A stretch of DNA of 64,000 bases, from assembly GCA_026936335.1 (NCBI GenBank), contig JAPMXV010000020.1:1-64000 (forward strand), given 5' to 3'. Of the stretch, positions 8,982-18,693 are shown piece by piece; positions within the stretch are counted from its first letter, which is position 1, and every line of letters starts with the position of its first letter. The stretch comes from Mantamonas sphyraenae STR306 (taxonomy: Eukaryota; Protista; CRuMs). The translations under genes were made by a program, and so were the position numbers. The notes under the pieces are model-generated. The model saw only the letters and a program-made list of their open reading frames with translations, had not been told where the DNA came from and did not search any database.

Positions 8982-11900
8982 TCACTCCACGCCAAACCCA
9001 TCGCCTATCTCACGCAACACCTTGCGCACGTAAAACTCCCTGTAGCCATCCGGAAGCGCTTGCAGCGCAGCCGTGAGGGCGTCTGCCGCCTCCGCCACTG
9101 CCCCAAACGCCACCAGATCCTTGTTGCCATACAAATCCTTGCCTGCGTACGCCTCCTCTTCCAGATGCCTGAAAAACACGTTTACCGACACGCACGGCTC
9201 GAGCGTAAGCACGTTGTGGAACCACATGGCCGGCAGGAACAGCACATCGCCGGGCTCCAACACCACGCGAGCACGCTGTGCCTTGACAAACCGCGGAAAC
9301 TGGCCACGGTCCACCTTGTCCACGTCCACTTCCAGCACATGCGACGTCGATCCGCGCACATAAAGGTTCTCCACCTCGTTCGGATGCCACAACAACACCT
9401 CCTTCCGCCCACGCACGTGGCACAGGATGTTATCCATCATATCGTAGTGTGTCCACATACGCACGTCTGCACTCGACACACGCAGGCAGCTGCTAAAGTA
9501 CTTCTCCTTCGCCATCGGCACCTCCGCAGGCACGTAGAAATCCTCCGCAATCGCTTCAAACCCGCTCCAAAAGTCGCTCACGTCCTTCCGCATGTTCTTG
9601 CCCAGCGATCGCAGGTACGCACGCCCGTGCGCCTCCACCGCCCCGTCCTCAAACATCTCCCCCACAAATTGCCCCATGTCCACCGTCTCAAACACATAGT
9701 TCTTGTTCACAAAGTCCAGATCCCGCGCGCTGCACCTGTGCACAGACGCCTCCACCCCGCCCAGCTTCTCTGCAAGGTACTCGCTTGTCCACCGTTCCAC
9801 ACACGGCCCAAAGTCCATGCCCCGCATCACCACAGGCTTCCGCCCCGCATAAATCCTCTCTGCAAACTCCTCTGCCGTCACACCTTCCACCACCTCCACC
9901 TCCACCTCACCACCCACATCACCGTTCACCTCACCGCCCACCAAACCCGTGCCACCCTCCACCTCCACCTCCACACCCTCCTCTTTCGACCACGCCGCCT
10001 CCCCGGCACCCACAACCACTCCCGTCGACGAAAAACACACCCCAAACGAAAAGCACATGATGCCTCCACCCACCACCCACACACGTCCCCTCCCATCGCG
10101 CGTCACTGTATGGTTGCTCAGCATCCATGTCCCTTGCGCATCTGCCTCCACCGCCGCACGCGTCCACTCGCGCTTCACCACATCGAAGCACAGCACATGG
10201 CTGTCCATGTGCGTCGAACACCCTCCCACAATCCACATCCTGTGTCCGTCCGTGTCCATGTGTGCGCTGTGTGCCATGCGCGGCGAAACCTCCCCAACCA
10301 CACTCCCCACCCACGCTTCTTCGCTCACACTCCACAAGAGCACGTCATTCAGCCGCGTGTGCACCCCACGCATCCCTCCAAACACAACCACAACATCCTC
10401 CTCCTCGCAGTATGCCATCGAGTGCGAATGCCTCGCCCCTGCACCGCTCCCGCTCACCTCCCGCCACACCCGCGTCTCTGTGTCCAGCACATAGCAATCG
10501 TCCAACGCCTCTCCCTCTGCGTTGATTCCGCCACAAACAACAAGCTGTGTGCCCACCATACACACACCATGCCTGTACCGTGCACACGGCGCCACACCCG
10601 TGCATCTCACCTGCGTCCATCGCATCCGCCTGCAATCCAGCGTCCACACGTCCCCAAACACGCTCCCTGGTCCATCCCGTCCCCCATGCACCCACAGCAC
10701 ATCGCCCACGCTCCCACTTCCGCAAAAGATTCGCCGTCCAGGCGACACCCCGGTCACAAACGGCGCCGTCCACGTGCCCGTTCGCGTGTCCAGGCACACC
10801 ACGTCGTCCAGCCGCCCGTGTGACTTGGCCCCTCCGTACCCTCCATACACCACCACGCGCTCCCCTTGCCCGTGCGCCACATGCCCCCACCGCTGCGCTT
10901 TGCCCTTTGCACCGCTCGTTTCCACAAATTGCAGCGCGACAGACCCCGCACTCCCGACTTCCACATCGCCGTCTGTCTCGTCCACAACCTCCACATCCAA
11001 CATGGCCCCTGCTTCCTCCATTCCCTGGCCCTGGCTCGCAACTACCAGCACGTACTGCCAGCACTTTTGCGCCATGTCCTCAAACTCGTCAAACGCCTCA
11101 ATCGCCCCGATCCGAGCTTTGTGCTCCTCGCTCAGCACCTGTTCGTAGTAATGTTCGATCCGCACAGCGCGCACAACGTCAAACCCGGCATCCCGGTACC
11201 GCCCCTCTTGCGCCGCCCGGCTTGGGTATCCGTGCAGCCCAATTAGAGGTGCCCCCTTGGCCACCAGATGCGCCTGCATCACTTTGCCGAACGCAGACTC
11301 TGGTTCCAGCTGCTCGTACACCACAAACACAGCCCGCGCAAACTCCTTCTGCGCCCACGCCACAATCTTGTCCGACTCCTCTGCCCGCATGTATGTCATC
11401 ACTGCCTCGGTCACAAACAGCGTCGGCACATCCACGCGCAGCTGCATGTGCTCCACCAGTTTCCCTGGACGACGCAGGTCCCCAACCACAACATGGTAGT
11501 TCTCTCCATGGATGGCCGTTGCCCCGTCCTCCACACTCTCCACTCCACGCACGTGTTCCAGCAGCGTCTCTGTCTGCCCAATGGTGTACACCTTGCTGTG
11601 CACCACCTGCTCAAAGTCCACCTCGTGCCAGCTCGCCTCCGCCGGCAGCTTTCCTTCCTTGCTCAGCTGGAAGAACATCGTGTCAAACCCACACCCCAGC
11701 GACGCGATCTGCATCGCCTCTCCGCGCGCCGTACATCCCTTTACAAACGCCTCAATCACCTCCATCATGGCCTGCCGCCGGAAAAAGTACCCGCGGTTGA
11801 TCAACGGCGACCGCCTGCTCGCATTCGGCACAAAGTACCGCAGAAACTCGTCCTCAAAGTAGCCCTGTCTCGCCGTGCTCCGTTTGCTCACAATGCTCTT

Positions 11901-12056
11901 GTCGTTTGTCTTTTGCACCGCCTTTGGCCGCTGCTTCCGCAACGGCGCCGGCGCATTCTGCGCTCCCGACGACGAGCTCCCTGCCCCCTTGCCTCCGCCG
12001 CCCTGCAGCGCCCTCTGTGCTGCCTTCAGCCGTTTCTTCTGTGCCTGTCGCTCCAT
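8982..12056 (-). CDS. TYW4: tRNA wybutosine-synthesizing protein 4 (LCM methyltransferase + Kelch) fused to a TYW5-like JmjC hydroxylase, 1024 aa
   Basis: VQKTNDKSIVSKRS, RRSPLINRGY, SLGCGFDT, EAVMTYM, FDEFED; Kelch repeats; JmjC WTHYDMMDN...LEPGDVLFLPAMWFHNV, KDLYGNKDL. Confidence 0.92.
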   Translation of the reverse strand: MERQAQKKRLKAAQRALQGGGGKGAGSSSSGAQNAPAPLRKQRPKAVQKTNDKSIVSKRSTARQGYFEDEFLRYFVPNASRRSPLINRGYFFRRQAMMEVIEAFVKGCTARGEAMQIASLGCGFDTMFFQLSKEGKLPAEASWHEVDFEQVVHSKVYTIGQTETLLEHVRGVESVEDGATAIHGENYHVVVGDLRRPGKLVEHMQLRVDVPTLFVTEAVMTYMRAEESDKIVAWAQKEFARAVFVVYEQLEPESAFGKVMQAHLVAKGAPLIGLHGYPSRAAQEGRYRDAGFDVVRAVRIEHYYEQVLSEEHKARIGAIEAFDEFEDMAQKCWQYVLVVASQGQGMEEAGAMLDVEVVDETDGDVEVGSAGSVALQFVETSGAKGKAQRWGHVAHGQGERVVVYGGYGGAKSHGRLDDVVCLDTRTGTWTAPFVTGVSPGRRIFCGSGSVGDVLWVHGGRDGPGSVFGDVWTLDCRRMRWTQVRCTGVAPCARYRHGVCMVGTQLVVCGGINAEGEALDDCYVLDTETRVWREVSGSGAGARHSHSMAYCEEEDVVVVFGGMRGVHTRLNDVLLWSVSEEAWVGSVVGEVSPRMAHSAHMDTDGHRMWIVGGCSTHMDSHVLCFDVVKREWTRAAVEADAQGTWMLSNHTVTRDGRGRVWVVGGGIMCFSFGVCFSSTGVVVGAGEAAWSKEEGVEVEVEGGTGLVGGEVNGDVGGEVEVEVVEGVTAEEFAERIYAGRKPVVMRGMDFGPCVERWTSEYLAEKLGGVEASVHRCSARDLDFVNKNYVFETVDMGQFVGEMFEDGAVEAHGRAYLRSLGKNMRKDVSDFWSGFEAIAEDFYVPAEVPMAKEKYFSSCLRVSSADVRMWTHYDMMDNILCHVRGRKEVLLWHPNEVENLYVRGSTSHVLEVDVDKVDRGQFPRFVKAQRARVVLEPGDVLFLPAMWFHNVLTLEPCVSVNVFFRHLEEEAYAGKDLYGNKDLVAFGAVAEAADALTAALQALPDGYREFYVRKVLREIGDGFGVE

Positions 12057-12272
12057 CTTTGCCCTCTTCTTCTGCTGGTTCTTTGAATTCGGGTTGATCT
12101 CCTGACTCTGTTGCTTCGTCTTCTCCTTGCCCTTTCCCTTGGCCTCTTCCACACCCTCCACTCCACCTCCTCCTCCTCCTCCTGCACCTGCTCTTGTTTC
12201 GGCTGCTTCTTGTTCTTGCACAGACATGCCCTTGCTTTGCACTGCCTCCTCCAGCGCAACCCTTCCCGCTTC

Positions 12273-13424
12273 ATGGCAGACAAGATCTGCTGCTCCAACG
12301 CCACGGGCCAGCAGCTGCCACTCGACCGTGTCGAGATACATGCCACGGTCGTCTCCACTGTGGTCCGTGTCGAGCTCACCTGTTCCTTTGTCCTCCTCGA
12401 CGTCGACTCCCTCCCCACTCCCGAGCTCCTTGCCTGGTCCCGCTCCCAGGAGGTCCACCACGCCCAGTCCGTTGCCGCCTACCCTGAGTACGCACCCACA
12501 GACAGTTCCACCCTCCTGTTCACCTTTCCCCTCGACGCCATCCCACCCACCCATGGCATCGAGCTCCACGTCGGCTCCCACGAAATCGACGGCGAGATCC
12601 ATCTCTTTGAACGCCTCCGCTCCCTCCACACCTCCTCCCCCTCCTCCTCTCCATCCTCCTCCTCTTCCTCGTCCTCCTCGTCCACCACCCCCGCCACGCT
12701 GGACTATCGCCCGTCCCAACCTCCATTCTTTGGGCCCCAGTTCTTCAAAGACATGCGCGACGCCTGGTGGCCCCAAGACGACAAACCGTGGAGCCCAACG
12801 CCCGACGCAGACCAGTTTGAAGTGTTTGTTGCGCAACTGGACAAACACACGCTGGGCATTGGCACAGACGGGCGCCCCAAGTTCAACGTCCGCATCAGCT
12901 ACTCTCACAACCTGTACGCCGACCCACGCACTCTCAAGCTTCGCTATCGCTTCCCGTTGCCCATCCTTCCACTGCATGTCCCTGCAGACCAGCGTGACTT
13001 TCAACTTCGCCGCATTGCCATGTTCACTGTCCTCGATCTCGGTCCACTCCTTGACGACTCCCGCCCTCTCGAATGCCTCCACCACAATGTCAGCATGCGT
13101 GATCTCGACCGTGTCGACCGCACCATGCTTGTCCTCGAACCCGATGTCGGCCCAGAGATCCACCCCATGGCCATCCTCGACGACGACCCCGCTCTGGACG
13201 ACCACGACATCGACAATGGCTTCCACTCCACCGTCTACGCCCCGTTTGAGCTTGACATCCCCCTCACCAAGATGCCCAACCCGCAGGTTGCCTCCTGGCT
13301 CACCATTGCCCTCTGTCTCTGTCTCTTTGCGCTCTTCATCTACGCCACCTTCTTTGACGACACCCCACGTTCAAAGACACGCCGCAGCATCGTCGAGCGC
13401 TTCATGCGTCCTTCCCCACGCTGA
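12273..13424 (+). CDS. VIT (vault/inter-alpha-trypsin)-like domain protein with C-terminal transmembrane anchor, 383 aa
   Basis: LPLDRVEIHATVVSTVVRVELTCSF, FTFPL, DQFEVFVAQL, VRISYSHNL...YRFPL resemble VIT; TM WLTIALCLCLFALFIYATFF; no VWA domain. Confidence 0.6.
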   Translation: MADKICCSNATGQQLPLDRVEIHATVVSTVVRVELTCSFVLLDVDSLPTPELLAWSRSQEVHHAQSVAAYPEYAPTDSSTLLFTFPLDAIPPTHGIELHVGSHEIDGEIHLFERLRSLHTSSPSSSPSSSSSSSSSSTTPATLDYRPSQPPFFGPQFFKDMRDAWWPQDDKPWSPTPDADQFEVFVAQLDKHTLGIGTDGRPKFNVRISYSHNLYADPRTLKLRYRFPLPILPLHVPADQRDFQLRRIAMFTVLDLGPLLDDSRPLECLHHNVSMRDLDRVDRTMLVLEPDVGPEIHPMAILDDDPALDDHDIDNGFHSTVYAPFELDIPLTKMPNPQVASWLTIALCLCLFALFIYATFFDDTPRSKTRRSIVERFMRPSPR

Positions 13425-13604
13425 CATGTCTCCCCATCTCCTCTCCTTCTCTCTTTCTCCCTTCTCCCTCCGTCTCCAGAAGGCTCGCGAGGTCTCGCGC
13501 GACGTCCGGACGTTTGCCGCCGGACACGCCGCAACGGACATGGCCACTCGCGCCTCATCTGCCCCCATCCAACCAACTCAACACAACTCACACACAAAAA
13601 CAAA

Positions 13605-13787
13605 ATGTGCCGATCTGTAAAGTGCAGCAAGTGCGGAAAGACCACCTGGGCCGGCTGTGGCAACCACGCCGCCAGCATCATGGAGAACCTCTCCGAGAGC
13701 GAGCGCTGCTCCTGCCCGGACGACCGCTCCTGCAACTGGACGCCTCCTGCCCAGCAGCAAGAGCAAGAAGTCGAGGTCAGCGAGTAG
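13605..13787 (+). CDS. Small conserved Cys/His protein, 60 aa, putative zinc binder
   Basis: MCRSVKCSKCGKTTWAGCGNH...RCSC; A-rich start context AAAACAAAATG; pattern matches an uncharacterised family I recall from Actinobacteria and fungi. Confidence 0.85.
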   Translation: MCRSVKCSKCGKTTWAGCGNHAASIMENLSESERCSCPDDRSCNWTPPAQQQEQEVEVSE

Positions 13788-14052
13788 ATAGTCCACCCTC
13801 CACTCTCCTCCCTTTGTCCAAAATCAAATGAAAAACAATCTCAACACCAAATTTCCCCAAAAATTCCGGCGTCTTCCGTTCTCTCCCGTCCCCCTCTGCA
13901 ACCCGCTCCCCTCCACCCTCCACCCTCCACCCTCCACCCCCTACCCCCTCCACCCTACCCCTCCACCCACCCCTCCCCCATCCACCCACCCTCCCTCCAC
14001 CCTCCCACCAATTCCCCCCCAATCCCCCCTCTCCCACCCAACCAAAACACCC

Positions 14053-15343
14053 ATGTCCTCCTCAACCCAGGAGCCCCACCCTCCTCCCTCCCATCCGCCC
14101 CACGAGGGCACCTTGGTATCCCCTCCCAACGAATCCGACGCCCTCCTTGCCTCCACCCCACCCCACCCCCAAACAACCCTCCCCCGGCCTCTTACGACGC
14201 CACTCTTGACCCTGAAGACGAAGCCTACCACCAACAAGTGTGGTCCATCGACGCCAACGCCGTCATCAGTAAGCCTCCGCCCCGCCCTTCCTGCCTTCCC
14301 ACCACCCTCGCTTACCCCCTTCCCCCCTTCCCCCCCCGCCAGAATTCCACACAGACATGCTCATGCCCGTCTTCCTCCCGGTCTTCATCACCATGTCTCT
14401 CGTCGTCCTCATGGTCAAATCCTTCCAACAAGACCTCATCGGCTCTGGCGGTGGCTTTGGCGGCGTCCTCGTGTACCAAGAGTCCGCCTCCGACTCTGTG
14501 GGTGACCGCGTCTTTGGCGTCTTCCTCAATGTCCTCATCTTTGTGGGCATCCTCGTTGCCACCACCTTCCTCATGGTCTGCCTCTACAAGTACCGCTGCA
14601 CAAAGGTCATCTGGGGCTATCTTATTTTCTCCTCCACCCTCCTCCTCGGCTCGTTCGGCCTCCTCTTCTCCGTCTACTTCCTCCAACTCCACAACCTGCC
14701 TCTCGACTACATCTCCCTCTTCTTCATGCTCTGGAACTTTGCTGCCGTCGGTGTCCTCGCCGTCTACTGGAAGGGTCCCCTGGGCCTCCAGCAAGCCTAC
14801 CTCGTCACCATCTCCGTCCTCCTCGCCACCGTCCTCTCCTTCATGGCCGAGTGGACTGGTTGGGCCATTCTCATCGTCATGGCCCTCTACGACCTCTACG
14901 CCGTCCTTGCTCCCAACGGGCCCCTCCGCTACCTCGTCGAGACTGCCCAGGAGCGCAACGAAGACATCCCGGGCCTCGTCTACTCCGCTGCCGTCTGGTA
15001 CACCCTTGCCCTTCCCGCCCTCCCCCTCACCGCAGGCCCCATCCTCTCCCACCTCGGCGCTGGCGGCGCCCCGCGCAAGAACGTCAAGCTCGGCCTCGGC
15101 GACTTTATCTTTTACAGCGTCCTCATCGGCCGTGCCGCCCTCTTTGACTGGACCACTGTGTTCTCCTGCTTTGTGGCCATCCTCATGGGCCTTGCCCTCA
15201 CCGTCTTTCTCCTCGGTGTCTTCCGCCGCGCCCTTCCAGCCCTCCCTCTCTCCATCTTCTTCGGCGCCGCCTTTTACATCCTCGGCAAGCTCATCCTCCT
15301 CCCGTTTGCCGTCCACAATGCCATCCATCTCCTCGTCGTCTGA
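14053..15343 (+). CDS. PSEN: Presenilin (gamma-secretase catalytic subunit); intron 14269-14342; apparent 1-nt frameshift in poly-C near 14160-14172
   Basis: FLPVFITM, LYKYRC, AEWTGW, catalytic ALYDLYAVL and KLGLGDFIFYS, ALPALP. Intron GTAAGC...GCCAG restores ...NAVIKFHTDMLMP. The ATG at 14053 is out of frame with the exon end, so the 5' end is uncertain. Confidence 0.92.
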
Positions 15344-15417
15344 AATGGCCACACCAATGCAGTCCATTGTGCTGTGCCCCCTCTGCCACACCCACCCCAA
15401 AAAACCCCACCCCACCC

Positions 15418-16557
15418 ATGTCCACCGACGCTGTCCTAGTTCCCGAAGTCTCCACCACCGCCACCCATGGCAAATCCTCCCATCTCTGGTTCCACGAGTG
15501 GAACACCCCGCACTACGGCGTCATCATGAGCATGCAGGGTCTCCCCTACCAGGGCCGCTCCAAGTTCCAGGGCGTGCAAATCATGGATACACACGAGGTA
15601 ACGCCCAATCATCCCATCCCTCCGTCCCACTCCCCTCTCCCTTCCCCTGCCCCATCCCTCCCCTCCACCCTCCCCAGCCTCCGGGGTCCGTCTCACACAC
15701 CACTCCCTCTCCCCCCCCTTCTCGCACCCGCTCGCCCGTTCCCCACAATTCCCCAGTTTGGCCTCTCTCTCGTCCTTGATGGCATGCTCCAATCCACCTC
15801 CCTCGACGAGTTTATCTACCACGAGAGCCTGTGCCACCCGGCCCTGCTCATGCACGACAACCCGAAAAAGGTCTTTATCGGCGGCGGCGGAGAGGGCTGC
15901 ACAGCACGCGAGGTGCTCCGTCACACCACTGTGGAGCGGCTTGTCATGTGTGACATCGACGAGGACGTCGTCCAATTCTGCAAGAAGGAGATGCCCAACT
16001 TCCACGCCGGCGCTCTCGACGATCCCCGCATCGAACTCGTCTACCAAGACGCCTACGCCTACCTGGCCGATTCCGACGAGCAGTTTGATGTCATCATCCT
16101 CGACTTTTGCGACCCCCTCGAGGGTGGTCCTGCCTTCACCCTCTACACCCAGGAGTTCTACAGTCAGGTCGTGGCCGCCCGTCTCGCCACCGGAGGCATC
16201 ATGGTCACCCAGGCCGGTCCCTGTGACTCCACAAACGTCAACGAGGTCTATGCGCCCATCTACAAGACTGTCCAGGCCTCTCTCGGCAACGCCTGTGGCT
16301 ACGACATCAACGTGCCCAGCTTTGGCTCCCAGTGGGGCTTTGCCATGGCCCTCCCCGATGGTATCTCTGCCCTCGACTTTAAACCTGACGAAATCGACCA
16401 TCGCATCCAAGAACGCATCGACAACCCAGACAACCTTCGCTACTACGACGGCATCACTCACGCCAAGCTCTTTAACCAGACAAAATGTGTCCGCGACGCC
16501 GTCCATGCTGAGCAACGTCTCTTTACCCAGGAGAACCCCGTGTACATCTTCAGTTGA
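15418..16557 (+). CDS. Polyamine aminopropyltransferase, thermospermine synthase (ACL5)-like, 326 aa; join(15418..15597,15757..16557)
   Basis: LVLDGMLQS, DEFIYHESLCHPALL, GGGEG, DFCDPLEGGP...LYTQEFY, VTQAGP, VPSFG..WGF; 159-nt in-frame intron GTAACG...CCCAG. Confidence 0.9.
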   Translation: MSTDAVLVPEVSTTATHGKSSHLWFHEWNTPHYGVIMSMQGLPYQGRSKFQGVQIMDTHEVTPNHPIPPSHSPLPSPAPSLPSTLPSLRGPSHTPLPLPPLLAPARPFPTIPQFGLSLVLDGMLQSTSLDEFIYHESLCHPALLMHDNPKKVFIGGGGEGCTAREVLRHTTVERLVMCDIDEDVVQFCKKEMPNFHAGALDDPRIELVYQDAYAYLADSDEQFDVIILDFCDPLEGGPAFTLYTQEFYSQVVAARLATGGIMVTQAGPCDSTNVNEVYAPIYKTVQASLGNACGYDINVPSFGSQWGFAMALPDGISALDFKPDEIDHRIQERIDNPDNLRYYDGITHAKLFNQTKCVRDAVHAEQRLFTQENPVYIFS

Positions 16558-16643
16558 TCCTCCTGCTCCCCTCCATCACAGTCCAACCACACAAGAAAAA
16601 TGCAACCCGCCCAATCCCAATTTTTCCACTCCATTGTCCCGCA

Positions 16644-17261
16644 TCAAGCACTCTCCAACTTCTCCAGATACAGCACCACCTTCTCCTTGATCCAGTCCTT
16701 GCCGTTCGGCTTGTATCCGCCTGCTCCGTTGTCAAACACAAGCGCAGCCAGATCCGGAAGCGAATCCACCCAGTCGCCAAAGTCGTCCGTCGAGTATTCG
16801 ATGTTGCGCTTGTTCGAGAACTGCGACTTCAGCTCGCTTTCGTACAGCTTCAAGATACCTGTGCACACACACACACACACACAAAGACACACCATGTCCA
16901 CATGATGCCACGCACACACTTTGTCAGCCCCCACTCACTTTCCGACTCTCCCCCGCTGGTTTCCTCGCGCGCCAAAACGCACCTTCCATGGCCTCCGTCA
17001 CGCTCTCGTAGTCATAGTACGACCGCGACGATGCCTTGTTCTCCGGCTGGATCAGAATCAACGTGTGCTTTCCCTGTTTGCATCATCCCCCACCGCGCAA
17101 ACCGGCTGTGTGTCAACACACGACCCTCTGGCCCCCCCCTTTCCACCCCCTTTGCCCTCCCTTGCCCGTCTGCTCCCACGTCATCTCCTTGCCCTCCCCA
17201 TCTTCCCCAAGTCCCTGCACTGCCCATCCTCCCCATCTCTCCGACTCGTCACACCCACCAT
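16644..17261 (-). CDS. ERH: Enhancer of rudimentary homolog, 102 aa; exons 17261-17259 (ATG only), 17073-16983, 16858-16644
   Basis: Spliced M-GKHTLILIQPENKASSRSYYDYESVTEAMEGILKLYE...DLAALVF...YKPNGKDWIKEKV matches ERH. The ATG-only first exon (ATG|GTGGGT) is the least certain part. Confidence 0.93.
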
Positions 17262-17334
17262 CTCTCTCTCTGGTTCTCGTTGCCACTCTTACGCTGCCTC
17301 CGCCTTCGCCCCCACTCCATCCTCCTCCACACAC

Positions 17335-18627
17335 ATGCAACAACGCACCTGGCTCATCCTCCTCCTCACCCTCGCCCTTTCGGGCATCATTATTCTCCAC
17401 AACACACACACTGTCCACCAACGTCGCCTGGAAGCCCTGCAAAAGCGCACCAACAAGCCTCCACCCCCGTGCCCCACTGCTGCCCCTCCGTGTACACCCT
17501 GTCCCAAAGACCCCACCGACCAGGACCCATCCCCTTCTGACCACGCATCATGTCCCTCCTGCCCCTCCTGCCCTTCCGCATCCCCGTCCCCGTCTTCCGA
17601 GGACCTCCAACTGTGCAACCAGGCCCTTGAGGCTGCCAACGCCCGTACAAAGCGCATCCAATCCAAACTCGACGCCGAACACAGAGCATCGGATGCCCAA
17701 TCCCACTGCCATGGCCTCGACCTGTGGCAAGGCAACTACATGTACCTCGATGCCCTCCTTCGGGCCCTCGACCGCAAGCAGCTCCTCGACGCCATCCACA
17801 CTGCCTTTACCACTCGCACTGTCCACACACACACACACCCGCAATGGGATGCAAACAAGGACCATCCCATCGTTGCCCTTCTTGTGCCCATGACCCTCCG
17901 TGGCTTCCCCCTCGACGCAGACGTCTCCACCTTGCCCCTCATCCGCCACTACCTCCCTTCCCTCGTCTCCACCGTCTCCCCGTCCTTCCGCTACAGAGTG
18001 TACATTGGTCTCGACGACCAGGACCCGCTTGTCGGTTCCAATCACCAGGATGCCCTCCGCCGCATGGCCGACGCCGCCACCCAGGTCCTTGCCACTGCCG
18101 CACAGCCCTTTGAACTGCGCATCATCTCCCTCGACAACCCTCTTGGCTTCCCCACTGTCGTCTGGCTTTCCTTGGGACGCACGGCCTACCATGATGGCGC
18201 ACACTACATGTACACTCAGAGTGACGACCTGGAGCTGGGCACCAAGGACTGGACCGCCCCCATGGTTGCTGCCCTCCGTGACAACCCTGTCCATCCCAAC
18301 CTTGGCATGGTCATGCCCCAGGACACAGACCATGGGCCCTCCGACGACTTCCAAACCTACAACTTTATGCACCGCACCCACTTTGACATCTTCCACGGCG
18401 CCATGTACCCGCTCTTCATCAAGAATCTCCGCGTCGACCAGTTTGCCTCCCACCTGTACAAACCCTTCAACAGCGCCTTTTTCAAGCTCCGCATCATTGT
18501 GCGCAACCACATGGGTGTCGATGTTGGCTCTCGCTACCAGGGCCTCGACTACCCGGACGAATACCTCCAGCTCCAGCTCCAGAAAGACCGTGCCACCATC
18601 CAAGCATGGCTTGCTGCCCACAAATGA
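17335..18627 (+). CDS. Type II membrane glycosyltransferase-like protein (GT-A fold), 430 aa
   Basis: N-terminal signal anchor, Cys/Pro stem, coiled coil, then VALLVPMT, YIGLDDQDP, YMYTQSDDLEL, FMHRTHFDIF. Confidence 0.65.
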   Translation: MQQRTWLILLLTLALSGIIILHNTHTVHQRRLEALQKRTNKPPPPCPTAAPPCTPCPKDPTDQDPSPSDHASCPSCPSCPSASPSPSSEDLQLCNQALEAANARTKRIQSKLDAEHRASDAQSHCHGLDLWQGNYMYLDALLRALDRKQLLDAIHTAFTTRTVHTHTHPQWDANKDHPIVALLVPMTLRGFPLDADVSTLPLIRHYLPSLVSTVSPSFRYRVYIGLDDQDPLVGSNHQDALRRMADAATQVLATAAQPFELRIISLDNPLGFPTVVWLSLGRTAYHDGAHYMYTQSDDLELGTKDWTAPMVAALRDNPVHPNLGMVMPQDTDHGPSDDFQTYNFMHRTHFDIFHGAMYPLFIKNLRVDQFASHLYKPFNSAFFKLRIIVRNHMGVDVGSRYQGLDYPDEYLQLQLQKDRATIQAWLAAHK

Positions 18628-18693
18628 ACCCAATCCACCCCCTCCCCGATCCAATCCAACCCAATCCAACCCCCAACCCCCCACCAACCCACC

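Noticed and set aside
12057-13226. N-terminal extension of the TYW4 ORF to 1414 aa
   Set aside because: It is the antisense of the VIT-like gene; TYW4 similarity begins after the Met at 12056.
13880-14050. C-rich CCCTCCA/CCCTAC tract as interstitial telomere or functional G-quadruplex
   Set aside because: Irregular low-complexity sequence with no CCCTAA array, consistent with the regional C skew.
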